Notes: generated by a model not told the origin, from the letters alone. DNA of 63,373 nt, filler included, from Octopus bimaculoides (GCF_001194135.2; 7 parts of 5 records of this genome joined end to end with filler, not necessarily neighbours in it), one strand, 5' to 3'; counted from the whole stretch's first letter, positions 1-11,330 are shown. Translations and numbers: made by a program.

Positions 1-108
1 GAAGAAGAAGAAGAAGAAGAAGAAGAAGAAGAAGAAGAAGAAGAAGAAGAAGAAGAAGAAGAAGAAGAAGAAGAAGAAGAAGAAGAAGAAGAAGAAGAAG
101 AAGAAGAA
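1..108 (+). repeat. (GAA)n trinucleotide microsatellite
   Basis: Perfect GAA run from base 1. Confidence 0.98.
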
Positions 109-243
109 AATAATGCAGGAGTGCTATGATAGTAGTAAGATGTTAAATGGTCAAGTGCCGTGAAAGTGACTTGTTGTGGATGGTAGTTGTGATTGAATTC
201 TTGAGATATCTCTTTTGAATGTATTGTTTATAATATTTGCAAA

Positions 244-520
244 TATCGCCCAAACTATCAGATGGTGTTATACACCACTGGTCACAAACAAAGCTCTTCC
301 TCGCATTTTAGTTTTCGCCTGATGCCACCACGCTTGCTTGACTGGCAGACCAACATTCCCCGTGATTGGAACGCAATACATCGCTGGATTACCTATTTAC
401 AGCTGACTGCACTGAAGTAACGTTAAATGAAGTATTTTACTCCAGAACACTACGCACCGCCAGTGTGGGAATCGAAGCCATGATCTTGCGATCGTGAGTA
501 TAACACCGTAATCTGTAGGC
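244..520 (-). mobile_element. tRNA-derived SINE (family D-like), degenerate
   Basis: Shares 'tacagctgactgcactgaagtaacg...gggaatcgaagccatgatcttgcgatcgtgag' with the intact copy at 10697-11026; reverse-complemented tRNA-like head at the right end. Confidence 0.7.
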
Positions 521-546
521 CACATGCCTTCACTCACACACCTACA

Positions 547-712
547 CAGGGCCGGCTCAAGATACCGGCAACTCGAGCAGTCAACCGGGACGCCATGTGG
601 TATAGGGTGCCAAGGAGGGCGTGACAAAGATGAGGAAATTTCTACGACCGTCAGCTTATACACGTCGAAGTTCAGCTTGCCCGGGGCGCCAGCAAAACTA
701 GGGCCGGCCTTG
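547..712. mobile_element. Short MITE with GGCCGGC termini (PIF/Harbinger-like)
   Basis: Left CAGGGCCGGCTCAAG versus reverse complement of right end CAAGGCCGGCCCTAG; GC-rich; about 165 bp; CWG-like target flanks. Superfamily is inferred. Confidence 0.6.
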
Positions 713-764
713 CACACACACGCACACATTCTCGCTCTTGCTCTCTCTCTCTCACACACACATA

Positions 765-808
<44 letters not shown>

Positions 809-859
809 TGTGTGTGTGCGTGTGCGTGCGTGTTTGAATGTAAACAAACATTCAGTGAT

Positions 860-1020
860 GGTTTGTTTACATTCCTGTAATGTAACGGTTCCATAAAAGA
901 AGCTTATAGAATAAGTAGCTGGTTTTGAAAAATAAGTACTTGGTCGATTCGTTCGACTAAAATCCTTTAAGTCGGTGCACCAGCAAGGCCAGAGTCCAAT
1001 GACTGAAACAAATAAAGAAG
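860..1020 (+). mobile_element. SINE family B 3' half
   Basis: Matches the tail 'aataagt...gtcgatt.gttcgactaaa...cagca.ggcc...aatgactgaaaca' seen in many copies in this window. Confidence 0.75.
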
Positions 1021-1039
1021 AAAAGGTACATTCACTCAC

Positions 1040-2370
1040 GTCACCTTACATCATCATATCCATGTACTACAACAGCTTGCTGAACTTAAATTAGACTCTC
1101 TGGTGGTGAAAAAAAAAAGGTAGACCATGGATACTGTTGTATCTGAATCTCAATGTGACTTCCGATCTGGTAGAGGGACAATAGATATGATTTTCACCAC
1201 AAGACAGATGCAGAAGTGTTATGAGCAGAATATGGATCTTGTCTAGGTATTCATTGATTTAACCAAGGCCTTTGATACTGTAAATAGGGCCTTTCTATGG
1301 AAAATACTTGGCAAACTTGGATGTACGGATCACTTTGTATCTATAATTAAATCATTGGGTCAATGTTGGTGGTGGCATGACGGAACCCATTCCTGTAGAC
1401 AATGGTGTCAAGCCGGGTGACAATCTTGTCCCAGTTCTCTTTTCTTTGTACTTTGCTGCTGACTTTACTCATGCTTTTACTCTGATGATATATGTCTCAT
1501 GTCTCATGCTTTTACTCTGATGATATATGTCAGGTATCGATCTTCTAGCCGCCTCTTTAATCTGCGCCGATTTGCTGCCAATTCAAAAGTTTTCCAGTCT
1601 CTTAATCGTGACCTCCTTTATGCAGATGACTGTGACTTAGTCCCTCATACAGTGGATGACATGCAAATTATTATGAATCGTATTTCTGCTTCTTGCAAGG
1701 TATTTGGACTCAGCATTAGCCTGGAAAAGACTGCTGTAATGTTCCAGCCTGCACCCGGAAATCCATATGTGGAACCAGCTATCTTGGTTGAAGGAACAGT
1801 TTTGAAGGTGGTAGATAAGTTTGTCTAACTCAGTTTGGTAGATAAGTTTGTCTACTCAGATAAGTTTGTCTACTCAGCCGTTCTTGCTCCCTGGATGATG
1901 AAGTATCTTTCAGGCTGCAGAAAGCAACCAATTCTTTCCGGTCTATTCAGTCTCATGTCTGGTCCCAGCATGGCACCACAAAGCAAACAAAAATTGCTGT
2001 GTACCGTGCATGTGTACTGACATCGCTCCTTTACTGTCATGTAAGGGTCCTCAAACGCTTTCATCAGAGATGTCTCAGACACATTCTGAATGTTGGCTGG
2101 ACCTTAAACACTCCACACACACAGGTCCTGAGAACAGCTAATATCTTGAGTATTGAGGCAATGGTGCATAAGCACTGGTTACATTGGACTGGACACCTTA
2201 TTAGAATGAAAGATAGCAGGATCTCTAAGCAGATGCAATATGGGGAACTTGTGGATGGAAAGAGACCCCAGCAGAAACCAAGGCTGCGATTTAAGGACTA
2301 TGTCAAGTCCTCATCAAAGGACTGTGATATGCAGGAGACTGACTGGGAGCGCAATTCCAGGCAGTGACCT
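1040..2370 (+). mobile_element. RTE-clade (BovB-like) LINE, 5'-truncated and disrupted reverse transcriptase
   Basis: Translations ESQCDFRSGRGTIDMIF, FIDLTKAFDTVNR, LLYADDCDL, FHQRCLRHIL, LHWTGHLIRMKDSRISKQMQYGEL; several stops and frameshifts. Confidence 0.9.
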
Positions 2371-2397
2371 GAATAATAATAATAATGATAATAATAT

Positions 2398-2560
2398 CGG
2401 AAAAATACCTTAGAAATGAGAACCCAAGTTCGAAATTCCCTCAGGACACCTGATGAAGGCTGAAACGTTGTGTTAACAACAAACAAGATGAAGACAAATA
2501 CCCGTCAAATGTAAATAAAGTAAATAACGTACATAATTTTTCATCTTTCAAATATGGAAC
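2398..2560 (+). mobile_element. Penelope-like element terminal (pLTR-like) fragment with stem-II-deleted hammerhead
   Basis: Same family as 62249-62510: 'gacacctgatgaaggctgaaacgttgtgttaacaacaaacaagatgaagacaaata'. Confidence 0.65.
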
Positions 2561-2592
2561 AATATATATATATGTATATATATGTATATATA

Positions 2593-2692
2593 NNNNNNNN
2601 NNNNNNNNNNNNNNNNNNNNNNNNNNNNNNNNNNNNTTAATTAATTAANNNNNNNNNNNNNNNNNNNNNNNNNNNNNNNNNNNNNNNNNNNN
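2593..2692. other. Assembly join: 100-bp gap with TTAATTAATTAA six-frame-stop linker
   Basis: 44 N + TTAATTAATTAA + 44 N. Confidence 0.9.
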
Positions 2693-2925
2693 TATCCTAC
2701 GTAAAATACTGTCTATGTGATCTCAAATTTAAAAACAAACACATAATTTTCTTATGGTTTCTTAAACATTCTCTAGAACAACACTATGTACAAATCCAAA
2801 TATATGGTACTGTAGGCATAACACCTACATGAACTTCTAACTTGTTGTCTCTTGAGGTCTCTGGGTGAGATTTGGATCCAACTTGTACAAATGCAAAGCA
2901 AAAGTCAAACATAAAATAACAATAA
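2693..2925 (+). mobile_element. R4/Dong-like non-LTR retrotransposon 3' end (last codons, 3'UTR, AAT tail)
   Basis: Near-identical to 51640-51860, which follows the RLE-type C-terminus ...GTAHILRKILSM*. Confidence 0.75.
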
Positions 2926-3712
2926 TAATTTCATTTATTTACCAACAGAGCGAAGGTTGAAGGGGGACAATACAAAACAGATATAAAAATTGTGGGGGTT
3001 TACATATAATGAAATGATAAAAAAGAAAAGAGTGAGCATATACGGTATACAGTGAAAAGTTAAGGAAAATATAGACAGTATACAAAGGTTAAAGAAAAAA
3101 GGTGGGCGATAATAGAGATGTATTCCTGATACAAGATAACCTTTAGGGGAAATCGAGGAACCTCACTCCCTGAACACTAAGTGCAAGTGCTCTCTCTAAT
3201 TCCTTCTCTCAGACTTACAGGTCTACACTTAGTGAGGTACCATCCACTTTTGTCATTTTCGCAGCTTTCACTCACCTTTCAATAAATTCACTCGAAGACG
3301 GCGCTTACCTCTTCACAAGGAGTTTCCTTTTCAAGTGAAACTTGAAGAAGTCAATGAGAACTCCGCGAAAGAGGAATTTATCTGTCCTCATGCCTTTCTG
3401 CCTCGTCCACCAAACAACCTCTTTCGCCACAGCCACCAGGTAAAAAGAAAACTGTCTTGCCTATCCGATTAAAGGAAGGCGGCGGAGCAATCATCACTAT
3501 GGACTCGACCGATAGACGGATCTGTCCGTCCCGCATGTGACAGCAGCCGTTCGACATAACCTCACATGTCAGCAATTCGCAGGACAGTTTCGTCACTCTG
3601 TCCGTACATCGGACAAGCCCGTCTGACGGGCACATCTGTGCCTTTAGAATTTATCTCGAACCGGTTTGCGCATCCTGGTAGCACTGCTAGGGCAAGGACA
3701 TCTGGAAATTAT
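2926..3712 (-). mobile_element. Tx1/L1-like LINE 3' end (degenerate zinc-knuckle region and 3'UTR)
   Basis: Minus-strand frames give ACPMYGQSDETVL, GYVERLLSH, VAVAKEVVWWTRQKG, LIDFFKFHLKRKL. Confidence 0.7.
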
Positions 3713-3741
3713 CCATGACTGGTCAGTTCGTTTTCGTCTAA

Positions 3742-3796
<55 letters not shown>

Positions 3797-3836
3797 ATAA
3801 TAATAATAATAATAATAACAATAATAATAATAATAA

Positions 3837-3962
3837 TCCTTTCTATTATGGGCACAAGGCCTGAAATTTGCGGGGAGGGGGTAAGTCCATTACATCGACT
3901 CCCCAGCGAAATACCGCTAAGCATTTAGTCCTGCGTGCTAACGATTCTGTCAGCTCACCGCC

Positions 3963-3964
<2 letters not shown>
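3837..3964 (-). mobile_element. SINE family A, internally deleted, flanked by (AAT)n on both sides
   Basis: Head and tail match the full copy at 4523-4740. Confidence 0.8.
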
Positions 3965-4013
<49 letters not shown>

Positions 4014-4099
4014 TGTATGTATGTGTGTATGTACCTATTCCATAAACGAAGACACCCTGGGGGCACCTTTCAAGGAGGCCACGCTAACCCGTTTCTTTT

Positions 4100-4438
4100 A
4101 AAAGTAAATGAAACTCAAGCCACTTAAATCAAGCAAGTATCACTTCACTTCACCCTATTAAATATGAATGAGACTTAGTAAGGGTATTTATGACCCCTCC
4201 ACATGATGGTCTTTACTATCACCCCAAAGACTAGTTCTTCTCTTCAGGGTCAGGAAATATGCCAGTCCCCAAAAGCTACTGACATTCTACAAAGCTCAAT
4301 TGTGGTCCACAATGGTTTACTGCTCTCATATCAGGGACGGTACTGTTACTTCGTACGCATATATTTTGGACTCCATTCAGAGAAGGGTCACTCGACTTAT
4401 TGATATCTAATCAGTAACAGACACACTCCAGTCTCTGG
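4100..4438 (+). mobile_element. LINE (CR1/L2/Jockey-group) post-RT C-terminal remnant
   Basis: FRVRKYASPQKLLTFYKAQLWSTMVYCSHI and ILDSIQRRVTRLI. Confidence 0.7.
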
Positions 4439-4502
4439 AGTGGGACTGAACCCGGAACCATGTGACTGGGAAGCAAACTTCTTAGCACACAGCCACGCCT
4501 GC
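4439..4502 (-). mobile_element. SINE family B tRNA-like head
   Basis: Reverse complement of 'gcaggcgtggctgtgtgctaagaagtttgcttcccagtcacatggttccgggttcagtcccact'. Confidence 0.75.
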
Positions 4503-4522
4503 TATTAATAATAAATTTATCT

Positions 4523-4740
4523 AAGGCGGCGTGCTGGCAGAGTCGTTAGCATGCTGGACGAAATGCTTAGTGGTATTTCGCCCGTCGCTACGTTCTGAGT
4601 TCAAATTCAGCCAAGGTTGACTTTGCCTTTCATCCTTTCGGGGTCGATTAACTAAGTACCAGTTACGTACTGGGGTTGATGTAATCGACTTAATCCCTTC
4701 TCCCAAATTTGAGGCCCTGTGCCTCCAGTAGAAAGAATTA
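4523..4740 (+). mobile_element. SINE family A, full length (about 215 bp)
   Basis: Head AAGGCGGCG.GCTGGCAGA.TCGTTAGC, B-box-like GAGTTCAAATTC, central 'ctttcatcctttcggggtcga...aagtaccag' domain resembling the Meta/Sauria-type SINE core. Confidence 0.85.
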
Positions 4741-4782
4741 ATTATAAATTTATCAATTCCGAGTTTGATAGTTAAACCAATT

Positions 4783-4802
4783 ACACACACACACACATAC
4801 AA

Positions 4803-4890
<88 letters not shown>
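4783..4890 (+). repeat. (CA)n microsatellite
   Basis: Direct reading. Confidence 0.95.
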
Positions 4891-5034
4891 TACATATAAG
4901 TACTCACATTCATATGCTCCTGAATGCAGAAATGCCTGGAGATGTTTTGACTCAAAGAAGGAAGCTTTGTTACTTAGTAACTGACCGTCTTTTATTCTGT
5001 TAAAAATAACTTAACTATCTCTCAGCAAGTACAC

Positions 5035-5331
5035 ATGTACATGTTTGCACGCGCATACATACATAATACATACATACATACATGCGTACACACATACATA
5101 CATACATACATACATACCCCGTTGATGTTGAAATTCGAATGAAATATGACTGAATAATGACATGCATACATGCATACATACATACATACATACATACATA
5201 CATGCATACATTTATACATACATACGTTTACACATACATAATACATACATACATACACACATTTACATACATACATGCATACATACATGCATACGTACAC
5301 ACATACATACATGCATACATTTATACATACA

Positions 5332-5363
<32 letters not shown>

Positions 5364-5687
5364 NNNNNNNNNNNNNNNNNNNNNNNNNNNNNNNNNNNNN
5401 NNNNNNNNNNNNNNNNNNNNNNNNNNNNNNNNNNNNNNNNNNNNNNNNNNNNNNNNNNNNNNNNNNNNNNNNNNNNNNNNNNNNNNNNNNNNNNNNNNNN
5501 NNNNNNNNNNNNNNNNNNNNNNNNNNNNNNNNNNNNNNNNNNNNNNNNNNNNNNNNNNNNNNNNNNNNNNATACATACATACATACATACATACATACAT
5601 ACACACACACATACATGCATACATTTATACCTACGTTTACACATACAAACATTTATACATACATACATACGTACATACATACATACA

Positions 5688-5715
<28 letters not shown>
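5035..5715 (+). repeat. (CATA)n compound microsatellite spanning a gap
   Basis: Direct reading; explains the spurious MYVC/HTYI ORFs. Confidence 0.95.
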
Positions 5716-5718
<3 letters not shown>

Positions 5719-5974
5719 TTAGTTATCTCATCTAGCATCCATCTTGAAGAGCAAATATTCACAAAACCGGACACGGCTAATTAGGAAATTTCAATTATAA
5801 GTCATTAATAAAACTGTGAATATATGTAAACAGCCCAAGAGTTTAATCTGTAGCATGTATGTATATCCGCGTGTATAGACGTACAAACATGTGTATATGT
5901 ACATGTAAATAAATAAAAAAACATAAATACACACACAGAATAACATTTACCTGTCATTTATCTTTCATTTTTTA

Positions 5975-6185
5975 CAGGTTTCAGTCATTGGACTGCGACC
6001 ACGCTGGAGCACTGCCTTAAAGGGTTTTAGACGAATAAATCGACCCTAGGACTTATTTTTAAAAATATATAACCTACTACTTATTCTATCAGTTTCTTTT
6101 GCCGAACTGTTAAGTTACGGGGACGTAAACATACCAACACTGGTTGTCAAGCGGTGGTGGGGGACAAACACAGACACAAAGACAC
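5975..6185 (-). mobile_element. SINE family B 3' half
   Basis: 'tttcagtcattggactgcg.cca.gctggagcactgcc...gttaagttacggggacgtaaac'. Confidence 0.8.
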
Positions 6186-6206
6186 ACGTACATAGAACTG
6201 TATGTA

Positions 6207-6467
6207 CAGGAGTTGGACAAAATGATGGAAACGCCTAGCATCATAATATCATAATTTTGAAATATCTATAAAACCGTCAAAAGCTTGTTTATTTTTTGTG
6301 TTTTCTTCACTTATTATTAGTGTTGCTTAATATGTTTTGCTAAAATTGCTGTTTCTTTTCAGATGTCATCAGAAAAAGGTAATTAAAATTCATTAAAATG
6401 ACAGATCTATCGGACTTTCAAAGAGGTCAAATTGTTGGTGCTCGTATGGCAGGCGCTAGCGTAACGA
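6207..6467 (+). mobile_element. Tc1-like DNA transposon left end with transposase N-terminus (cut by gap)
   Basis: TA target then CAGGAGTTGGACAAAATGATGGAAAC terminus; ORF from 6398 MTDLSDFQRGQIVGARMAGASVT (Tc1 paired-type HTH start). Confidence 0.85.
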
Positions 6468-7383
6468 NNNNNNNNNNNNNNNNNNNNNNNNNNNNNNNNN
6501 NNNNNNNNNNNNNNNNNNNNNNNNNNNNNNNNNNNNNNNNNNNNNNNNNNNNNNNNNNNNNNNNNNNNNNNNNNNNNNNNNNNNNNNNNNNNNNNNNNNN
6601 NNNNNNNNNNNNNNNNNNNNNNNNNNNNNNNNNNNNNNNNNNNNNNNNNNNNNNNNNNNNNNNNNNNNNNNNNNNNNNNNNNNNNNNNNNNNNNNNNNNN
6701 NNNNNNNNNNNNNNNNNNNNNNNNNNNNNNNNNNNNNNNNNNNNNNNNNNNNNNNNNNNNNNNNNNNNNNNNNNNNNNNNNNNNNNNNNNNNNNNNNNNN
6801 NNNNNNNNNNNNNNNNNNNNNNNNNNNNNNNNNNNNNNNNNNNNNNNNNNNNNNNNNNNNNNNNNNNNNNNNNNNNNNNNNNNNNNNNNNNNNNNNNNNN
6901 NNNNNNNNNNNNNNNNNNNNNNNNNNNNNNNNNNNNNNNNNNNNNNNNNNNNNNNNNNNNNNNNNNNNNNNNNNNNNNNNNNNNNNNNNNNNNNNNNNNN
7001 NNNNNNNNNNNNNNNNNNNNNNNNNNNNNNNNNNNNNNNNNNNNNNNNNNNNNNNNNNNNNNNNNNNNNNNNNNNNNNNNNNNNNNNNNNNNNNNNNNNN
7101 NNNNNNNNNNNNNNNNNNNNNNNNNNNNNNNNNNNNNNNNNNNNNNNNNNNNNNNNNNNNNNNNNNNNNNNNNNNNNNNNNNNNNNNNNNNNNNNNNNNN
7201 NNNNNNNNNNNNNNNNNNNNNNNNNNNNNNNNNNNNNNNNNNNNNNNNNNNNNNNNNNNNNNNNNNNNNNNNNNNNNNNNNNNNNNNNNNNNNNNNNNNN
7301 NNNNNNNNNNNNNNNNNNNNNNNNNNNNNNNNNNNNNNNNNNNNNNNNNNNNNNNNNNNNNNNNNNNNNNNNNNNNNNNNNNN

Positions 7384-7425
<42 letters not shown>

Positions 7426-7616
7426 CAAAGGGTATAATAGGAGACACTTGCACACAGTACCATACAGCTACGCGTATATACATTCCTCCCAACCTATTAG
7501 TATCCCTACCCCACATACATATGTGCATTCATTCATTTATTCATACTTAAATACATACCTACATTCATACATGCATACATAAATGCATACACACACACAC
7601 ATGCATACATGCATAT

Positions 7617-7830
7617 GTGAAAAACATTAGGAAAAATAATATCCCATTTAAGAACGGATTAAAGAGCTGTGATCTTTGTCTCACAGAGAAATTCCTCATC
7701 ATCCGCCAAGCATATCTCACTTTCATACAGATAAACATAAATAAATAAATAAATAAACATAAAAAAGAATGAACTAAACTCAACTTGCCGGTATAAGCCC
7801 AAATACTTCCTTGAAAATATGTTATCCCTA
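7617..7830 (+). mobile_element. Penelope-like element endonuclease C-terminal remnant
   Basis: PFKNGLKSCDLCLTEKFLII...KNELNSTCRYKPKYFL matches the PLE C-x2-C LCL.EK...NK..EL.S.C.H tail pattern. Confidence 0.7.
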
Positions 7831-8073
7831 CTTGATACATGTGTTGCTACTTCATACTTAAACCATCTAGCTATTCCACATCTGTAGTTTCGAACACGCT
7901 GATGTTTATGATCAATGGATAGCCTGATCGAATGAAATCGTTGTTCGATAGTAACCTTGCCTATTTACTCAAATTAGCAAATATATCACTCTTAACGCTT
8001 CTTATACAAAGCTTTATTGAACAGGCTTATGCTGTTGTGTAGCGATATAAATTTCCCTTATTGAAAATAAAAC

Positions 8074-8160
8074 TGAGAGTTTGTCTCGTTACTCGAGTTT
8101 CATACGCTTTCGCCCGAAGATCGCAGGAGTTCGAAACTCGAGTCACGAGACAAACTCTCA
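8074..8160. repeat. Inverted repeat, 28-bp arms with one mismatch, 31-nt spacer
   Basis: tgagagtttgtctcgttactcgagtttc / gaaactcgagtcacgagacaaactctca. Confidence 0.9.
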
Positions 8161-8250
8161 TTTCCAGTTTTAATAAAAACACAATATACTGTATAGTATG
8201 TATTGAGCACACTTCTCTTATTTGTCTGACATAAACCAATGCTTGTGTGC

Positions 8251-8300
<50 letters not shown>

Positions 8301-9670
8301 ACATATCTATCTATACACATATATATGTATACACAGTAAATGCGTGTGCATTTGTGCACGATCATGCGTGCATTGAAGTCACCTAGAGCGATGGCTTTAT
8401 ATATATATATATCTCTTAACCGAATAAATCCCTGATTACCTTCCCCTGTCTGGAACTCCATATTTCACAACATAGCGAAGGGATGACACAATATAGATAA
8501 AGAAATTTGAAAAGAAAATACGAAACCGGTTATTTCTCCAAAAACAATGTTACTATACGCAAAATTTTATAACATTTTTTTAACAACGATTTAAATATAT
8601 TCTTTAACCATATAACACAAGCCTTCTGTAGTTTTTGCCCTCTATTTGGTCTTTTTGTCTTTTATACATCCAACCACGTGCTTTCACATACCAACTCTTT
8701 CNNNNNNNNNNNNNNNNNNNNNNNNNNNNNNNNNNNNNNNNNNNNNNNNNNNNNACACACACACACACACACACACACATTCACACAAACCCATATATTC
8801 ATTCTTTCTTTCATACTTTCTTGACTTGGTGCAGTCTAGACGAGTTTGTCGATTCGCTAGTACACTATGCAGGATGTCTGGTTAAGCAGTTCGATGCACA
8901 CGGACGTCATTTTCCTCCAATTTATGGCAAACAAATTTTTTGGCAAAAAATATCTTGGATATTAACATGTATGCCTGTTTATTTCCTAACGCTAGCATTT
9001 CAACGTTTTTCTGTTACTATACACACAAACAAGTATACACTATCAATCTATCTATCTATCTATCTATCTATCTATGTTCTTGTACATATATAAGAACACA
9101 CATACATTTATATACATGTGTATTATCTTCCTCATTTCGTCCTTTCAGCTCGCAGTATTTTTCACCCACTCTTTACTTTTGAATTCTTTCAGTATTACTC
9201 CCCGGCCTTTTTTTCTTCACAAGTAGCATGTCAACATTAGATTTCATGATACTCCCTATTAGAATAGGAACATTTTCCAATGTCACACTCCTCTCTTTCA
9301 TTCTGCTTCCAGTTTTTTCTGACTCTCTCCTCTTTGTGTTTGAAGCTTTGTGCCTCACGCCTTCTTTTGGTTTATTTTATTTTGTCCTGATTTTCACTCC
9401 CTCGCACATACGCTGTGCAACAGGTAGGAAGTCCGGACTAAAAGCAAATTATTTTAATATATTCTATTTTCCCTCTCCTTGTGCCAGTTAAACTTATTGG
9501 TCCATATAAATTCTGTTGCGGACCGTCACTCAGTATCCTCGGGATCCCTCCATATATTAAATATTAGCAATAATATAAAAACCAACAAAAACAAAACAGC
9601 AGCAGTAATAATAACTTTTTAATAACGGTGCCCCAGCATGGTCACAATCGCTGAATGAAATCGATAATAA

Positions 9671-9747
9671 CTCAGAACGTAAAGACAGACGAAATGTCTT
9701 TAAGTATTTTGTTCTTCGTGGTAACGATTCTGATAGCTCGCCGCCTT
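9671..9747 (-). mobile_element. SINE family A head fragment
   Basis: Reverse complement of the family A 5' end. Confidence 0.7.
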
Positions 9748-9757
9748 CGTAATGATA

Positions 9758-9798
<41 letters not shown>

Positions 9799-9801
<3 letters not shown>

Positions 9802-9903
9802 CCTTCCTACTAAAAGCACAAGGCCTGAAATTTGGCAGGAGGAGACTAGTCGATTACGTCGACCCCAGTGTTTCAGTGGTACTTAATTTATCGATCCCGA
9901 AAA
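9799..9903 (-). mobile_element. SINE family A tail fragment between (AAT)n tracts
   Basis: Reverse complement of the family A 3' half. Confidence 0.75.
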
Positions 9904-9904
9904 G

Positions 9905-9989
<85 letters not shown>

Positions 9990-10613
9990 GTAGTAGTAGT
10001 AGTAGTAGTAGCGGAAATGCCGTGGAAGCNNNNNNNNNNNNNNNNNNNNNNNNNNNNNNNNNNNNNNNNNNNNNNNNNNNNNNNNNNNNNNNNNNNNNNN
10101 NNNNNNNNNNNNNNNNNNNNNNNNNNNNNNNNNNNNNNNNNNNNNNNNNNNNNNNNNNNNNNNNNNNNNNNNNNNNNNNNNNNNNNNNNNNNNNNNNNNN
10201 NNNNNNNNNNNNNNNNNNNNNNNNNNNNNNNNNNNNNNNNNNNNNNNNNNNNNNNNNNNNNNNNNNNNNNNNNNGGGGGGAGAAGTTGCGAATGCGCAAG
10301 TAATGATATATCCAGCTTTCATCTTATCGTCTTTGAACCTCGAAATAGATATGGCTGGGACAAGACGAGAATCAGAAAGCTATAAAAGAACGGAGGAATA
10401 AACGAAGTTGGCAAAACATAAACAGCATACTTTTTACAGGTCTGCATGTGTAGTTAAGAAGACTGCATTGCGTTAGCAGTCGTATGATTCCGGGTTCAGT
10501 CCCTATGTACGGAGCATTGGGAAAAAAATGTCCTCTATCATAGCCCAGAACAAACCATTAGTTTTTGAGTGGATTTATTGATGGAAACTATTCAGAAGCA
10601 CATCGTACGTGTC

Positions 10614-10654
<41 letters not shown>

Positions 10655-10696
10655 ATCTATATATATATATATCTCGTTGCTATTATATTTATATTC

Positions 10697-11023
10697 TAAG
10701 GAGCACTCCGTCCGTTACGACGACGAGGGTCCCAGCTGATACCATCAACGGAACAGCCTGCTCGTGAAATTAACATATAAGTAGCTGAGCACTCCACAGA
10801 CATGTGTATCCTTAACGTAGTTCTCAGGAAGATTCAGCGTGACACAGAGTGAGACAAAGCTGCTGGTCCCTTTGTATTACAGGTACTACTCATTTTTGCC
10901 AGCTGGGTGGACTGGAGCAACGTGAAATAAAGTGTCTTGTTCAAGGACACAAAGCGTCGCCGGCAATTGAACTCACGACCTTATGATCATAAGCCGAATA
11001 CCCTAACCACTAAGCCATGCGCC

Positions 11024-11026
<3 letters not shown>
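10697..11026 (-). mobile_element. tRNA-derived SINE family D, full length
   Basis: Minus-strand head 'gaaggcgcatggcttagtggttagggtattcggc...ggtcgtgagttcaattgccggc' (A and B boxes); central 'cagtccacccagctggcaaaaatgagtagtacctg' conserved-type domain. Confidence 0.8.
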
Positions 11027-11068
<42 letters not shown>

Positions 11069-11069
11069 G

Positions 11070-11099
<30 letters not shown>

Positions 11100-11112
<13 letters not shown>

Positions 11113-11330
11113 GTGTGTGTTGTGTGTCTCTGTTTGTCCTCCCCACCATCGCTTGACAACCGATGTTGGTGTGTTCCCGTCCCCGTAACTTAGCAGTTCG
11201 GCGAAAGAGACCGATAGAATAAGTGCCAGGCTTACAAAGAATAAGTCCTGGGGTCGATTTGTTCGAGAAAAGGTGGTGTTCCAGCATGGCCGCAGTCAAA
11301 TGACTGAAGCAAACAAAAGAACAAAACAAT
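11100..11330 (+). mobile_element. SINE family B 3' half after a microsatellite
   Basis: Matches the family tail. Confidence 0.85.

Noticed and set aside
839-873. Hairpin tgtaaacaaa/tttgtttaca as a pre-miRNA
   Set aside because: Too short (10-13 bp) and at the edge of a SINE B tail.
9173-9358. Minus ORF ...ILIGSIMKSNVDMLL...PGSNTERI as a host exon
   Set aside because: It faintly resembles the esterase-like ORF1 of CR1/L2 LINEs and has no convincing splice sites; too weak to annotate either way.
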